A stretch of 57,580 nt of DNA. Origin: Schmidtea nova. Lineage: Eukaryota. Under the pieces are notes generated by a model. It worked only from the letters and a program-made list of their open reading frames with translations, was not told the DNA's origin and searched no databases. How positions within the stretch are numbered: position 1 is the first letter of the stretch; each line of letters begins with the position of its first letter. The DNA is taken from the NCBI GenBank assembly GCA_044892505.1, contig CM097883.1:178684001-178741580 (forward strand). Direction: 5' to 3'. Below, in pieces: positions 11,230 to 23,395 of this stretch. The position numbers and the translations under genes were made by a program.

Positions 11230-12780
11230 CAATTACATTATTAATAATACAAGTATTGATGAAGAAAGAAGTAGTTAAATTTATTCTTCCAAAGGATTCA
11301 CAACCAGAAAAATTCTATGTACTTGCAAAGGTTCATAAAAAGGTGTATCTATGAGACCTGTTTTATCTATAGTTGGTACTGCACAATATACGATAGAAAA
11401 GTATTCGGATTAATTAATGAAATAATTAATGTAATCATAGTTTGAATGTAAGGATAGTTTTGAATTTGCGTCATGTATTGCATAGCTGATTAAAAATAAT
11501 GTGAATGAGTATATAGTTTCATTTAATTTGTTTACTAATGTTCCATTAGTGGAAACAATTGATTTATGCAGTGAATTGTCAAATGAAAATATATCTGAAC
11601 ATCATCTGTTGGATGGGGGTGCATTTCGTAAACTTTTAGAGTTTGCTACTTCCAATGTTAATTTTCTTAATAATAATGAATAGTATCAACAAATAGAAGA
11701 AGTGGCTATGGGTTCTCCTTAAGTTCCAACGATACTTTAATAATTTTAGCGAGTTTAGAAAAGAAAATTACTTCTTTCCAATTTGAAAAACCAATTCTAT
11801 ATTAAAAATATGTGGATGACATTTTTCTTACATTTAAAAATCAAGATCACGTGCAGCCATTTTAGATTATATGAATGGTTTACATAAAAACATCGTGTTC
11901 ACATGTAAAACCGAGAATGAATTCTCGATAGCGTTTTTACATCTGTTAATCAAAAGCAAGGATGAACAGTGTGAGACAGAAATTTATAGAAAATCAACTG
12001 ATACTGGTCTTTATACTTCTCCAGAACGATTTTGTGAATTTATATATTAGAGAAATTAGGTAAAAAGGATTGATTTATCGATCATGGTGTTTATCCTCTA
12101 CTTTCAAAAATAGTGTAAAAAGTATAGATACATTAGTGGAACTGTTAATAAAGAATGGTTATTCAAAACAATTTTTGATGATGATGATAATGATGATGAT
12201 GATAATGATGACGAGAGAAACGGTTTATAAATGTATAAATAATTCTAAGGATCTTTGTAGGCGTTGATGTAATAATACTGATAATTTGGATAATGTAGTA
12301 AATAGTAGTATAGGATCTACCAAACACAAAAATCCTTAATTCGTGATGGTATTGCTGTTTTCGGAAGGGTTTAACTAGTATTAAAGGAAGATAGGAAAGC
12401 AATTGAGGGGTTTACATTTTATGATTGTCTCCAATTCATGCAAAGTGAGTAGTATGTTTGTTAATAAGTCACAAACTCCGATTGGATTGTGTTCAGATCT
12501 CGTTTATCAATTTACATTTAATGGGTGTAATGCCACATACATTATAGAGACGGTCCATAATCTCTGTACTCGAGTTCTTGAACATGGTCAACCGAATTGA
12601 TTATCCAATATTAGTGATCATAATAAAATCTGTAACAGAAAAATTCGTATGTCTGATTTTAATATCTTATCGAAAAATTTTAATTATCATTATGACCGCA
12701 TTATATGTGAAGCGTTGTTGATAAGATCGTTAAATTCTAAAATTAATGTGCAGAATACTATAAACACATGTATTTTGATT
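11230..12780 (+). mobile_element. Heavily decayed Penelope-like element (RT + GIY-YIG), a different family from the young copies at 54-57 kb
   Basis: Relics KFYVLAKVHK, SFNLFTNVPL, VAMGSP, KYVDDIF, EIYRKSTDTG, LIKNGYSK and LVYQFTFNGCNATYIIETVHNLCTRVLEH...EALLIRSLNSKIN, all broken by stops and indels. Confidence 0.85.
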
Positions 12781-12812
12781 GTTTTTAAATAGTTTATTTG
12801 TTTAGTTGTATT

Positions 12813-14431
12813 CAGGGGTTCCCAACCTTTTCATAGTACCGTACCTGTGCGCTGTAAACAATTTGATTGCGTACCGGTAAACCTAATCTTTTTATTGGGG
12901 TATAAAATGCAATGGAGATTTGTAATAAAGACAAGTAACTTGGGATGTATATATTTACTGTTAAACATATAAATAAAATATAATTATGACTTAAAAAATA
13001 GTTAGTGAGAAGGTTGGGCCTGTTTATTATTAACGAAAAAAGAAATATATTGATCAATGTTTGTCAGTTTAAGGTGAAAACCCTAATATTTTACTTTTCA
13101 ATTTTCTGTTGCATGAGTTGCAATTTTCTCTTGAACGCACCTACCTTATCATACAAGTCAAACACAGAGTTTTTAACTCCATGCAAACTTAAATTTAGAT
13201 CATTCAACCTTGAAAAATAGTCTGAAAGGTATGCTAGTCTACACAACCATTGCTCATCAATCAATTTATCTCCGTTAAAATATTTTGCATTGGTCAAAAA
13301 CATATAAACTTCATCGCGCAATTCAAACAATCGACTGAAGACTTTACCACGTGACAACCACCGTACTTCAGTGTAAAGTAAAAGTGTGGCATGAGCACTT
13401 CCCATTTCACCACACAAAATCGAAAATAAACGCGAATTAAGTGCTCGGGATTTTATAAAATTAACCATCTTTACCGCCTCATCTAACACCTCTTTTAAAT
13501 TCACTGGCATATTTTTTGCGGCCAAAGCCTGACGATGAATGATGCAGTGAATAAATTTGCATTGTGGTGCCATTTCTTTAATTTTAGTTACCACCCCTGA
13601 TAATTTTCCAGTCATCGCACGAGCACCATCGGTACAAACTCCAACGCATTTGAGCCAACTTATGTGATTTTTAATGAAATAATCATTAATTATTTTAAAT
13701 ATTTCGTGCGAAGTTGTTTTTGCAGTTAATGGTTTGCAGAATAATATTTCTTCTTGTATTTCATTGTTGAAATCAAACCGAACATATACGAGTAGTTGCG
13801 CCTAATTAGAAATATCGGTACTTTCATCCAATCGGAGGGAATAAAATTAGCTTGTTTTTAATCTTTGGATTAAAATATCTTCAACCTGTGATGCCATCTG
13901 ATCTATTCGCCGCTTGACAGTATTATTAGACAATGATACTTTATCAATTTCTTTAGCCGCTTTCTCTCCAAGGACAGATGCAACTATATCCTTTGTTGTA
14001 GACATCAACAATGTTTCACCAATTGTGGTTTCCCGCACCTAGCTATATGCAAACTAGCTAAATATAATGCTCTCACACAATTAGTGTTTGTACTACTAAA
14101 AGTTTTGACAATTGATTTTTTTTTCGTTTGAAAAAATCGAGAGTTTTGTCTTTTACATTTGAATGTTGGCTATATAAATGCCTTTTCAAAAGATCTGGCT
14201 TCATACTCCCATTTGATAAGCACTCAAAACAAATCATGCACTGTGGAATAGGTTAGTTTCTGTTCCGGATTTCATGGCGAACCCATTCTTCATATATTCA
14301 GGATCATACTTCCTGATCCAAGCTCGCTTCTGCTTTTTCAATTCTGGTTCTTCGTCTTTGCTAAATTCTCATGATTTATCTTCTTTTCGGTTGAAATTAG
14401 AAGTTCCAGACTGATCTAAAAATCTATCCAT
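12813..14431 (-). mobile_element. Deleted hAT (Buster/Charlie, ZBED5/ZBED8-like) transposon with transposase pseudogene; only one TIR seen
   Basis: TIR CAGGGGTTCCCAACC at 12813. Minus-strand MDRFL...RKYDPEYMKNGF, HIARCGKPHTIGETLL, DESTDISN, CTDGARAMTG, HCIIHRQAL and TEVRWLSRGKV. The C-terminal dimerisation region is absent. Confidence 0.88.
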
Positions 14432-15526
14432 TGTATCGAGGTGCTATATTGTATAAATAATAAGTAGAATGTTACAAAAACATTTAAGTAATTGAATTTA
14501 ATACATATTACATTGTTTTTATATTTTCCATTATAAGAATAAATTTATGATATTAATTAAACATTTTTTTGAATATATCCTAATTAATTCGAATATATGC
14601 TATTTGTTTTAAATATATACTTACTTCAATTCTTGACAATAAATAAGTTTATTTATAAATGGTCTGAAGACAAATACGAGATGTATTCGAAACATGTAGC
14701 CAGACATTTATTAAGATAAATTAGGATATATAAAAATCATTTTAAATAAATCTCCTGAATTTAATAAACTTACCTTAACAGCTTCTTAATATCTATTAAT
14801 AATACAACTACTATCAACTAATAATATACAATTAATTTAAAGATTATTGAAACACAAAACACAACTCAGACACAATTATAATTTGCAGCAATTCTTTTTT
14901 CTTGGAAATTCCAGGGTACTTGGTCCCGACAAGCCAAGTCTTTCAAGAGCCAAGCTTAGGACTAAGAGTGAGGGGAAACTCCTGAGACTTGGGTCTAACT
15001 CGACACTACTCAACTGTGATACATGCACTAAAGACGCATTTTTGTTAATACATTTCTAACAAATTTTTGCAAAACATATTTTTTAATATATGAAATTACA
15101 GTACATAATACGAAACAATAATTTCTATTTTAATCTTTCTTACGCTGACTTGTTGAACTCTTTTTTTTGGCAAAGTTATTTGTAAGTATTGTTACCACAG
15201 CAGTTTTATTTTTATTGTTAAGTAATCGTCCCTCTGGTTGCTTATTAATGTGGTGCGATTACTTTTTCGCACACCAATTTTAGTTCCTTTTTTGTGGGAA
15301 GATTAAATGTTGCTATATCACCTATTTGCGAAATTAGAAATATCGGTACTTTCATCCAATCGGAGGGAATAAAATTGGCTTGTTTTTAATCTTTGGATTA
15401 AAATATCTTCTTGATAGATTAAAATTTATATTTTAAAATAAATATTTAGAAAAATCTTTAAAAAAAGTTAACATCTAATTATTTTTTATAATTTGTTTAT
15501 TTAGCTTGAATTTAGGTTAGTTCTGT

Positions 15527-15569
15527 GGATACCTGATGATGACAGGGAGTCTGTCGAAATATATAGTTC
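15527..15569 (+). ncRNA. Degenerate minimal type I hammerhead ribozyme, probably a solo PLE terminal-repeat relic
   Basis: CTGATGA (15533-15539), extra T, stem II GACAG-GGAGT-CTGTC, GAAA (15556-15559), palindromic ATATAT stem III. Stem I is damaged (GGATAC vs GTTC). Confidence 0.6.
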
Positions 15570-16133
15570 GTTTGTTGTATAAATGGCGTTTTACTTTAAT
15601 TAAATCGTTGCAATGTTTGTTTATGTATGTATTTGAAATCGTTTATTTATGTTTATTTACTGTTTTACAGATTAAAAACAAAACTGAAGATTTTGAATTT
15701 AACTAAAATATAATTGGTCTAAATAAAAGTTAATTTCAGAGAAAAAATAGTTCTGAAATAATTCAATGGGAATTAGTACATGAAAATTATTATCGGAAAT
15801 GATATTTTATATAGTGCTTAGATTTACTAGTTGACACATGTATGCAATCCTTAAATGTTGGAATAAAATCTACCCCAGATGTCCTATGGACGTGTAATAA
15901 TCAGGCCTTTGGTCTTTATTAGTATTTTCATCCTTTGAAAATTGGAAATTAATTTGTGAGTTGCTAAATGAGTCCATAAAATTTATTTCAATGCAATTAT
16001 TAAAACAACTTAACTGGTTTTATTTGTCATGATATTCAAACAAATTTACCATTTTCATTTTTATATTTCACATTTTCAATATTTTGTAATCAATAACTTT
16101 AAAAATTTTTAGAATCTTTCAGCTTCCCTCATA

Positions 16134-18060
16134 TCCCCCTTCTTTAGAAAATTTTTAAGTTTTTTCACATTTTTTTTGATTTTTTTACCATTCTCGTTTC
16201 TTAAGATATATCGTCTGTCATGCCCTTTCTCGATGACTTTGTATGACCCCTCATATCTGTTCTAGGTTTTGTTGCGTGTCTCTAATTTTACTAACACGTC
16301 TTCTCCAACATTGAATTTCCTCCTTGTTCGTTCTTCCAGTTTTTCTTTTACTTATTTTTCTTTGGACTCGTACCATTTTTCTCTGCCAATCATTTTTCCA
16401 AAAACTATCTCTGCCGGGCTATTTCCTGTTGTTTTTTGTTTGGTTACATTTAATGTAAATTCTACTTCTGGGAGTATCTCTGCCCAATCAATCTTCTTTC
16501 TGTCCTGTAAAGTAGCATTTATCAGTTCTCGGATTGTCCTGAATTGTCTTTCAATCTGTCCATTTCTTTGTTGATGATATGGACTCGTAAAACATGATTT
16601 AATATTTAGCTTCTTTGTAAATTCTCTCATCATTACCGCAATCAACTCTTATCTTCTTTGGGCAACCAATACTTAAAATCCATTTTTCGACAATCGTTTT
16701 CTTTATTGTTTCCTAGTTTGGTCTTGTCAAGGCTGTCAAGACTTGATACTTACTTTACTGGTCTATTATGCCCAATATATGCTTTTTACGTCCTCTTGTT
16801 TCTTGCATTGGTCCACATATATCCACGAATATAATTTCAAACATTTCGGTTGATTCTAGTTTCTTACTGGTTCTTTTGATGTTATTGTTATAGCCTTAGT
16901 CTTTTGACAAATCTCGCAACTTCTAACAATTTCCTGAATCTGACTCAACAAGTGTTTTCCAAAATATCTATCTTTCATATAATCGGCTATCTTCTCGACT
17001 CCAGCATGACACAATAGTCCGTGTATTTCCTTTATAGTCATTTGTATCTCGTTTTCAGGTCTCATCGTTTTCTTTTGTACTTTTTCTTCCAAGTTTCTTT
17101 GTTTTCCAATGCTTCTCCTTTCTTCTCTGATCGAGTCTAATAATCTACTTTTTATTTTCTCTTTCTTATTTTCTTCATGTGTCATTTGACACTTAGTACA
17201 AGTGTCACATTTAGTTCTCGACACCATGTCTGAACTTTGGTGATTAACACCCTTTCTGTATTCTATAAACATATTAAACTGCTTAAATAATTGATCTAGG
17301 TTTGGAATTGGGAAGTAATTGGCTTCTTGGTTGTCATCATAAACCTGATCGCCTTGTGGTCTATCCTAAGTGTAAATCTCCTTCTGAAGAGATAGTGCTT
17401 AAAATAAATGCAAAAGTAGTATACAGCCAATAGTTCCTTCCTTGTAATAAAATGCCATTTTTCGTGGCTTGTCATCGAGTGTGATCCATACGCAATAACT
17501 CTTTCCTTTGCATCTTTATCTCTTTGTAAAATTACTGCCTATATCTACTTATATGTCCGTTTCTGTGACACATCCAGCACGAGACATTTCTTTTTATTGG
17601 ACAGTCTATTTTCGTATGGCTCGTTTTGTGGCATAACCGATATTCTGGTCCTTCTCTTCTACTGGTTTCTTCTATTTATTTTTCTGCTTGCACTGTCTCA
17701 TCTCTGTGACTCCTGTTGGACCACTATTGCGTAACATTTCATAACGTTTATCTGATCTCTTTGTTTCTCTACTTTATCCATAAGAATTAGTGTTTCTTTT
17801 ATTTCTTCTGTGTTTTTTATCTTTCGTAGTATTACTTCTTTCTCAACTTCTTTATTCTCCGCACATACTATCAACATCTTTGCTGTTACTTTCTCTTTAG
17901 TGAATTCTCTATTCTCGAATAACCTGTTCAAAAAGACCTCTACCTTTTTAGAGTACGTTTCAATCTCTTCGCCTTTTCGCTTTTAATTAAATAAAATTTC
18001 CTTCTTAATTCTTTTTAAATTCGTCTTTCAATATTTCCATAGTTAATTGCTTAACTATAG
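16134..18060 (-). mobile_element. Decayed Ty3/Gypsy element: gag joined to RNase H and integrase, with protease and RT missing
   Basis: Integrase TSPYHQQRNGQIERQFRTI...WAEILPEVEFTLN and H-X4-H/C-X2-C (IHGLLCHAG...CEICQK); RNase H VIAYGSHSMTSHEK..ITRKELLAVYYF; gag-like ORF 17698-17931; purine tract at ~16134-16146. Confidence 0.85.
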
Positions 18061-18849
18061 AGTTTTGATTTTGTTTTCAAAAATTGATTACACATAAATA
18101 AACATCAGAAGTGGATATCCTAAATCTCCAATTTAGAATCTTCAAGTTAAATATAAAAAAGCAGAGATTTAAACAACCAAGAGAGAGAGAAAGAAAATAA
18201 TGAGACTGCAATATTTGGATTTGGAAGTCAATTACAGAATTTGTTTCCAGGCAACGGTAATTATCGACAATTATTTTGGAGAGGGAGTTAAATATTCATA
18301 ATAGCCTTTTTTATTTTGAAGGATATCTCGATGGATTACGTTTCAGTAAATTAAATAATAGTATCAAAATTTAAGTAAATCAAAGCAACTGACCGCTTCA
18401 GTTCTACTTGGGTAGCCCCAAAATGATAATTTCTCATGTACACTCTATCTGCCTTAAGTGCGATAATTGAGTTACTCAAGTAACAGCTATTTCTTGCGGG
18501 CTGATAAAACAGCAGTGATCGCCAGATCCAGTTCCTTATTATTTCCGTCAAATATTAGAAACACAAATATTGTTAATTGCCATATTACATAAAATTTGAT
18601 AAGTTAATTAATGTCTTAGAGTTATTGGAGTCATAATATATTTTGATTGTGCTAAGAATCATTAGCCACATTTTATGATTTTAACAGAAGTACTGAATTT
18701 ATTTCTGAATCATGTGGGAGAACAGACAGTCATACAACTATTTCAATATAGGATGATTTGACAATATGAAGTATCCTTGTGAACTATAAGATTTAAAGGT
18801 TTTGAAAGCTGAATTACATTCTAACAGAAAAAGAATAAAGCTCTAAGAG

Positions 18850-19200
18850 CAGTGGCGGAACTTCAAATTTGGGCCCCCCCGCAAAAGAATGTTTTTTTTT
18901 AAAAAAATAAAGCTTCACATATTAAATAGATATTTATTTCATATATCATATTTAAAAACAAAAAATTAAATAAAGATAAAGATAACTTAAAAACGAAACT
19001 AAAACTAAAACAATATATTTTAATACGATGGATGACATTTTGTTTATCCAAGTTTTATATTTTAGGGCCCACTATACCTGCGGAAAAGAGTTTTATAGTA
19101 TAAATATTATTGAGAGTATAATTTTTTTTATATGAGGGCCCCCTATAGCTGGTAGGCCCCCCCGCAACGCAGGGTCCTGCGTCCAGTAGTTCCGCCGCTG
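18850..19200. mobile_element. Non-autonomous hAT MITE, 351 bp
   Basis: TIRs CAGTGGCGGAACT / AGTTCCGCCGCTG; perfect 8-bp TSD TCTAAGAG (18842-18849, 19201-19208); subterminal GGGCCCC motifs. Confidence 0.92.
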
Positions 19201-19892
19201 TCTAAGAGTATGTACTCTAAAAAGTCATTCCGTGACTGGAAATCAAGCAAAAGTTTAGTTCATTTTATCAACATCATTCAAATGCACTAATGAAAGGAAT
19301 GATGCTTGCGACAACTGACCTCGTCACACGACATAATTTGAAAAATTGTATCGAAAAGAAGTGAGTAGAATTTTTACCGAAGACAAAGTTTACGACAAGT
19401 CTAACCCAATAAAGTATAAGAAGAATAACTTTATTTTAAATTATTTCTTGAAATAAAGTGAATTTCCTTTCATTTTTAGGAACTAAATTGAAAATTTTGA
19501 GATGTAAAATTACTGGTTGAATATAATGTTATGGTATTAAAACCTTTCAATAAAGATCAAATTTCTTTTAAAGCTATTTTTGAAAGTGTACCATAAGTTG
19601 ACCTTTAGTCTTTGAAAAATATGAAACCTTTTGAAATAGAATCGAAAAGATCAAAGGTAAAAATAAGATATAACTATGATAATAAAATTTTTGTTTGTTT
19701 CAAAAGTTAAAGTTTTTTCTATCACGCTGCATTTATTACATTTAATCGGGTTGATAATAACAATAATTGCTTTTTATTATTTTTATTTGCTAAAATATTT
19801 TCTTTTTAGGGGCATAGTTCCAGTATAAAATCTTATTATTGTAATATTTCTAGATGTCCCTTTCACTTCTATTAGGATAATATAGCCTAGAA

Positions 19893-20906
19893 CAGTAATT
19901 CTCAACCTTTATTTTGTCACGGCACACTTCACAATTTCAAAATTTGGCGGCACAGTAACTATAAGATAAGTTTAAAAGAATTTTACTTACCTATAATACA
20001 CTGTTTAAAATAGTTTATGATAATAATTTTCAATTTAAATAAAATAATATGTACTACAAAGGCGACATAATGTTTATTGAGTGATTAATTACAAATTAAT
20101 TATAAGAATACATTTAATTCGAAATTTGAGCTCGGTGTTTTTTGATAATTTCGTTTATATTTGATCGTAAAAATAATAATGCCACTCTCATGTTATTAAA
20201 AATAACAAAAATGTCAGATAAATAACCTAGTTTAGCACATCATATTTTATCTTCCAACATATGAACAAAATGATAATTTTTATCTTGTTCAAAAAATATT
20301 TTCATTTCATTTTTTAATTCAAGAACGCAAGATAAAACTTTTCTGGCCTTATTATTATTAAGGATTCGTATTTAGCTAACAAAGTTTGGCATAAATTACG
20401 AAAAAAGTGACTTTTTAATGGTCTTGATGTTAAATAATTAACTTGTACTGGGAATAGACTCATTCTCTTGGTCGTTAAGGTTTTCATTATCAGTATTATC
20501 ATCATTAAGCTTTCTTTTTTTAACCATTTCTCCATTTCAAAGGGTTCTTATAAATAAAAATAATATTGACGAAACATTATTAAAAAAAGCGAATTAAATA
20601 TTACCAGTAAATACGATTTATTCAAGTTTGAATTTAAAATATTGTAAAGCCGATATGTTTAAAATTTAAACATATTTATTAAACATATTTATTAAACATA
20701 TTTATTAAACATATTTATTTAAACATATATTTAAATATATAATGGAATTTCAAATTGTTTTATCATTTTTTTGCAACGCGTTCTATATTATAATTAAAAT
20801 TGTTTTAAATAATAATTATTTAATAATAATTATTTAATAATAATTATTTAACACTAAAATTTCGCGGCACGCAAAATTGCCGCGGCATCGTGGTTGAGAA
20901 TCACTG
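19893..20906 (-). mobile_element. Internally deleted hAT Buster/Charlie derivative, 1014 bp
   Basis: TIRs CAGTAATTCTCAACC / GGTTGAGAATCACTG; perfect TSD GCCTAGAA (19885-19892, 20907-20914) with TA at positions 4-5; relic transposase start MEKWLKK at 20535 on the minus strand. Confidence 0.9.
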
Positions 20907-22557
20907 GCCTAGAACATGTGATTGTAAATAGGATATTACGTTTAAAGGCTTATTTCACTGTTTAAGGGTTACAGTAAATCTCGAAATTTTATCAAATGAA
21001 AAATATATCTTATTTTCATCAATATTATAAATTTATGATCTTTACATTTTTTTTCGTTTCCTTAGTGGAATGTCCGGCAGAAATAGCTAAGATTATTATG
21101 AGAAAAAACGGTTTATAATTTGAAATAAAAGCGACATTTTAAAATGTAAACATAATTTATTTTATAGAAGTAATATTGTGATTATTCAAAAATGTCAAAA
21201 ATAACTTGAGAAAATCCTATTTATTAAAAACAATTGCTGAAAACAGATCAAGGTGCTGTGACCATCCTAAAGCAGGGACCCAGAGACAAATCATGAACCA
21301 TGTATGCCATATGAGGCGAGGAGCTTCATGGGCGGAGAATACTTTAAATAGTCAATTTCACTGCTAATTTTTGCGAAGATTGAATGAATCAAATTTAGAA
21401 AACAAAATTTGCTCACTATAATGTAAAGGTAAAGGTTGCAAATACCATGCATGACTTCAGGTAGTTTGGCACATTTTACTTAACAATGATAAATATTGAA
21501 AACAAACTAATGACATTTGACGTTGGTCATTGGAATATTTTATTAAAATTAATTTCCTTTGAATACAAATTCATTGTCAAATGACCTTGATAGTTTCTTT
21601 AAATCAAAGCCTCATTCATTATATATTCATTGAATATGTCACTTACTGGAAGAAGCCGAAAAATCATACCAAACGACAGACATTACATTATAAGCAGTTT
21701 TTATTCTTCTGTTGTATATTTTTAATTAGCTTTTAGTATTAAAAATGAGATTATTTTGAAATTAGATCTGTATTTAAATTTGTCCACCTTTGCTGTCTGA
21801 AACAGCATATCTTGATCAAGGATGAGTCTGCCTTCCAATTTACAAAATAAGTAAGGTTAGTAAAAAAGTAAATTTATAAAAAGTTCAGAGTAATTATTTT
21901 TTTCATGAATTAAGATCAAAGTGAAACCTCAACAAAGTTGCCATATGTATTATCTTTTAATTTTCCTTTAATGAAATCGTCTATTCCGAAATATTATGAT
22001 TAATAAGCAAGATTTACTAACAGATAAAACCGAATTATTTGCAGAACAATTGCATTTAAGAAGCCTAATTTTGAAATATTAAAAGAATAGTTGAATTTCT
22101 TTACAAATTGCGGCCAATTATAAATATTTATCAAACCTATCGCATCTCTTTTTCAGCTAGTTTGAAAACCTTTTACAAAACATTCTTTTTAAAAATATTT
22201 TAAAATTCTTTAGGAATTATTATTCTTTACTTTTATAAAAATACAATTTTAAAATAATGAAAACTAACTTTACATCAAAAACTGTATATTGAGCAGTGGA
22301 ACTATGTCGATAATTCTGCATTATTTAAAATTAAATAATAATAACAATAATAATAATAAAAACAAGATAAGAATAATAATAATAATAATAATAATAATTG
22401 TTTAGAAATTTATTAACTTAATTATTTGGATTTCCTAGTAATCCTGTGTTTTGTTTATTTGTATCAAAACGCGAGATAATAAGTTTCTAAAATTTTAAAA
22501 ATATAAATTTGTTGAGTTTAATTCAAATGTTTTAAATTTTCTTTTGACTTTTTATCA

Positions 22558-23395
22558 ATGCTAACTATCACTGATCGTGACATATCAATAAATTTTCTCT
22601 TTGAACCTAATCCATCTCAGATAAAATACATAGAAAAGGTTATTGATTCATTAAAAGGCAGTAAACAAGCAATTTTGGAATCTTTAACCGATACCGGAAA
22701 ACTCTTTATTTACTCTGTGCAGCACTCGCATGGCAGGATCATATGAAAAAAACTTCTACAATTAATTCCGACAATGAAATTTCTATTTCAAACAAAAACA
22801 ATAATAAATTCAATTGGGCTTCTAATAAGAATCAAAGAGTTGCTGTGGATAAAAATCGAATTCTTAGTTTTTGGTGTATGACTCCAGGACGCACCATGAA
22901 ATCATTGGCTAATTGTGTGTTCGTAGCATTATACTAACAAGTGGAACTGTATGTCCAATAGAAACTCTGAAATTGGACATGGATATTAAATTTGAAGTAG
23001 AGTTACGTAATAGTCATGTAATAAATGCAGATCAGATGATGGTCACGGTATGTACTAAAGGTGCTGATAGTGAAACTCTAAATTCCAGCTATTTGACTAG
23101 TGAAAAAATAGCCTATACTTTTTCTTGGAAATGCTATTTTAAATTTTGTCAAAGTCATTCCATGTGGTTTATTAGTTGTCTTTCCATCTTATGGAATGAT
23201 GAATAAATGTATTGAACGAGGAGAAAGCTATGATATTTACCATTCTGTAATGCAACAAAAGCAACTTATTATTGAACTTCAAGATAAAACTAAATTTACA
23301 TTGGCTATGGAGCAATTTTATTCTAAATATTCTGACCCTATGTCCAATAAAGGATCTATTTTACTATCTGTTGCAAGAGACAAAATAAGTGAAGG
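22558..23395 (+). pseudogene. RTEL1: RTEL1-like (XPD/DinG family) DNA helicase pseudogene: intronless, internally deleted, 3'-truncated
   Basis: Across three frameshifts: INFLFEPNPSQIKYIEKVIDSL...AILESLTDTGK/TLYLLCAALAWQ (Q motif and degenerate Walker A), RILSFWCMTPG, VRSIILTSGT, LGNAILNFVKVIPCGLLVVFPSY, GSILLSVARDKISEG. These parallel RTEL1 motifs in the same order. Confidence 0.85.

Noticed and set aside
21255-21290. HPKAG resembling the DPP motif YPKAG
   Set aside because: It is on the plus strand, opposite to the DPP-like exons, and the surrounding residues do not match.
21400-21860. RING-CH (MARCH)-like fragments (KICSL*CKG; SVFKFVHLCCLKQHI)
   Set aside because: In-frame stop, splice phases do not match, and the Cys/His pattern is incomplete.
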